Shown one piece after another: positions 63,079 through 64,000 of a stretch of DNA of 64,000 nt. A program made the translations under genes and the position numbers. Position 1 is the stretch's first letter; every line of letters begins with the position of its first letter. The notes beneath the pieces were generated by a model that was given only the letters and a program-made list of their open reading frames with translations, was not told the DNA's origin and did not search any database. Source of the DNA: Hemiscyllium ocellatum. Taxonomy: Eukaryota. The stretch lies in contig NC_083432.1 of NCBI RefSeq assembly GCF_020745735.1, positions 32,326,533-32,390,532 of the forward strand, in the 5' to 3' direction.

Positions 63079-64000
63079 TACACACTAATATCTGTTAACT
63101 GACACAATTTTCTCCCACTGGCACATACAGACAATAGTTGCAGTCAGTATTTAACACATTTTTGTCCATACCTAAATGGGCAAAAATGAAAACTATCTGC
63201 AAGCAGTAGCTTTCTCTGAAGGAGGAGGACATGGTCAGTGTTGTCATTATATCTTCCTGTTAAGTCTTTTTCTCTATTTGAAATTACCCTGATATTACAC
63301 AGGTGCAACATTCCATGGGTCCCATACTTGGCACTGCCAGAGAGAACTCTGTTTACATCAGCAGTCATTTATTTTTGGTCTGTAGCAGCCCTTTCTTAAA
63401 AAAAAACATCTTGGTATTCAAAATATTCTGGGCTTCTGATGTGACATCATGATGTCATTAATAAGGCATTGTGAGGGCTGAATGTTGGGGGTGGCCTTGG
63501 GAGCAAGATACCAAATTCAGAGGAACAGGTAATTGTGGGAGGTTTGTACCCCTAAGGTAGAGGAAATTACAAAAATATGGAAGGGTGTGGAAATGAAGGA
63601 ATTTAAACCCAAGCTTGCAACAATGAGAAAGTGGGAGTGGAGTGTGGAAGGGAACAGCCTGTGTTCTTTTAATGTGGGATCAGAATAAATAATAAATTGA
63701 TCTAAATTTTAGAGTTTATTATAATCAATTATGTTTCGTGAACAAGGGCCAGAATTGTATATATTGTGCGTTATAAGTATTTTACAAGTTACATCAGGGC
63801 CACTTTTGTGACACAGAAGGAATACTGGGGCCAATAATATGACAGAGAGTGCATTCAGCTTTGTTATATGATGTAAAAGGTATAATGTGACTGTATGAAT
63901 AAATGGTCAGGCACAGCAATTTAATTCAAACGATACCTTGGGCCAATGTGTGTTTAGATTCAAATGTAGATAGCATGTTGAAACTAACAGATTAATGAGA

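Noticed and set aside
1-64000. 7SK RNA copy, HEXIM2 paralogue, intact tRNA/rRNA genes, CRISPR arrays
   Set aside because: Looked for by eye and none seen; a covariance-model search would be needed to exclude diverged RNAs

Overview
Vertebrate genomic DNA, AT-rich and repeat-dense. The repeat families (CR1 LINEs, HE1/V-SINE-type SINEs, Penelope-like elements) point to a cartilaginous fish, probably a shark; this is inference. The only protein-coding gene I can support is an intronless HEXIM1 (CDS 21778-22677, +) in a CpG island with CCAAT, GC-box, paired ACTACA/ZNF143-type and TATA motifs. Most other identifiable sequence is decayed retroelement. The most notable observations are: (1) several families of ~90-135 bp elements that start at a minimal hammerhead ribozyme, some with target-site duplications (TSDs); (2) two copies of a LINE whose endonuclease-RT frame follows a SINE-like 5' segment, with a tRNA-derived head visible in one; (3) a Penelope element with inverted repeats plus a 65-nt hairpin mini-copy; (4) splice-signal evidence for a divergent non-coding transcript from the HEXIM1 promoter; (5) an orphan CpG-poor promoter-like module at ~59.7 kb that mirrors the HEXIM1 promoter layout. 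Repeat boundaries were read by eye and are approximate. No database searches were run.
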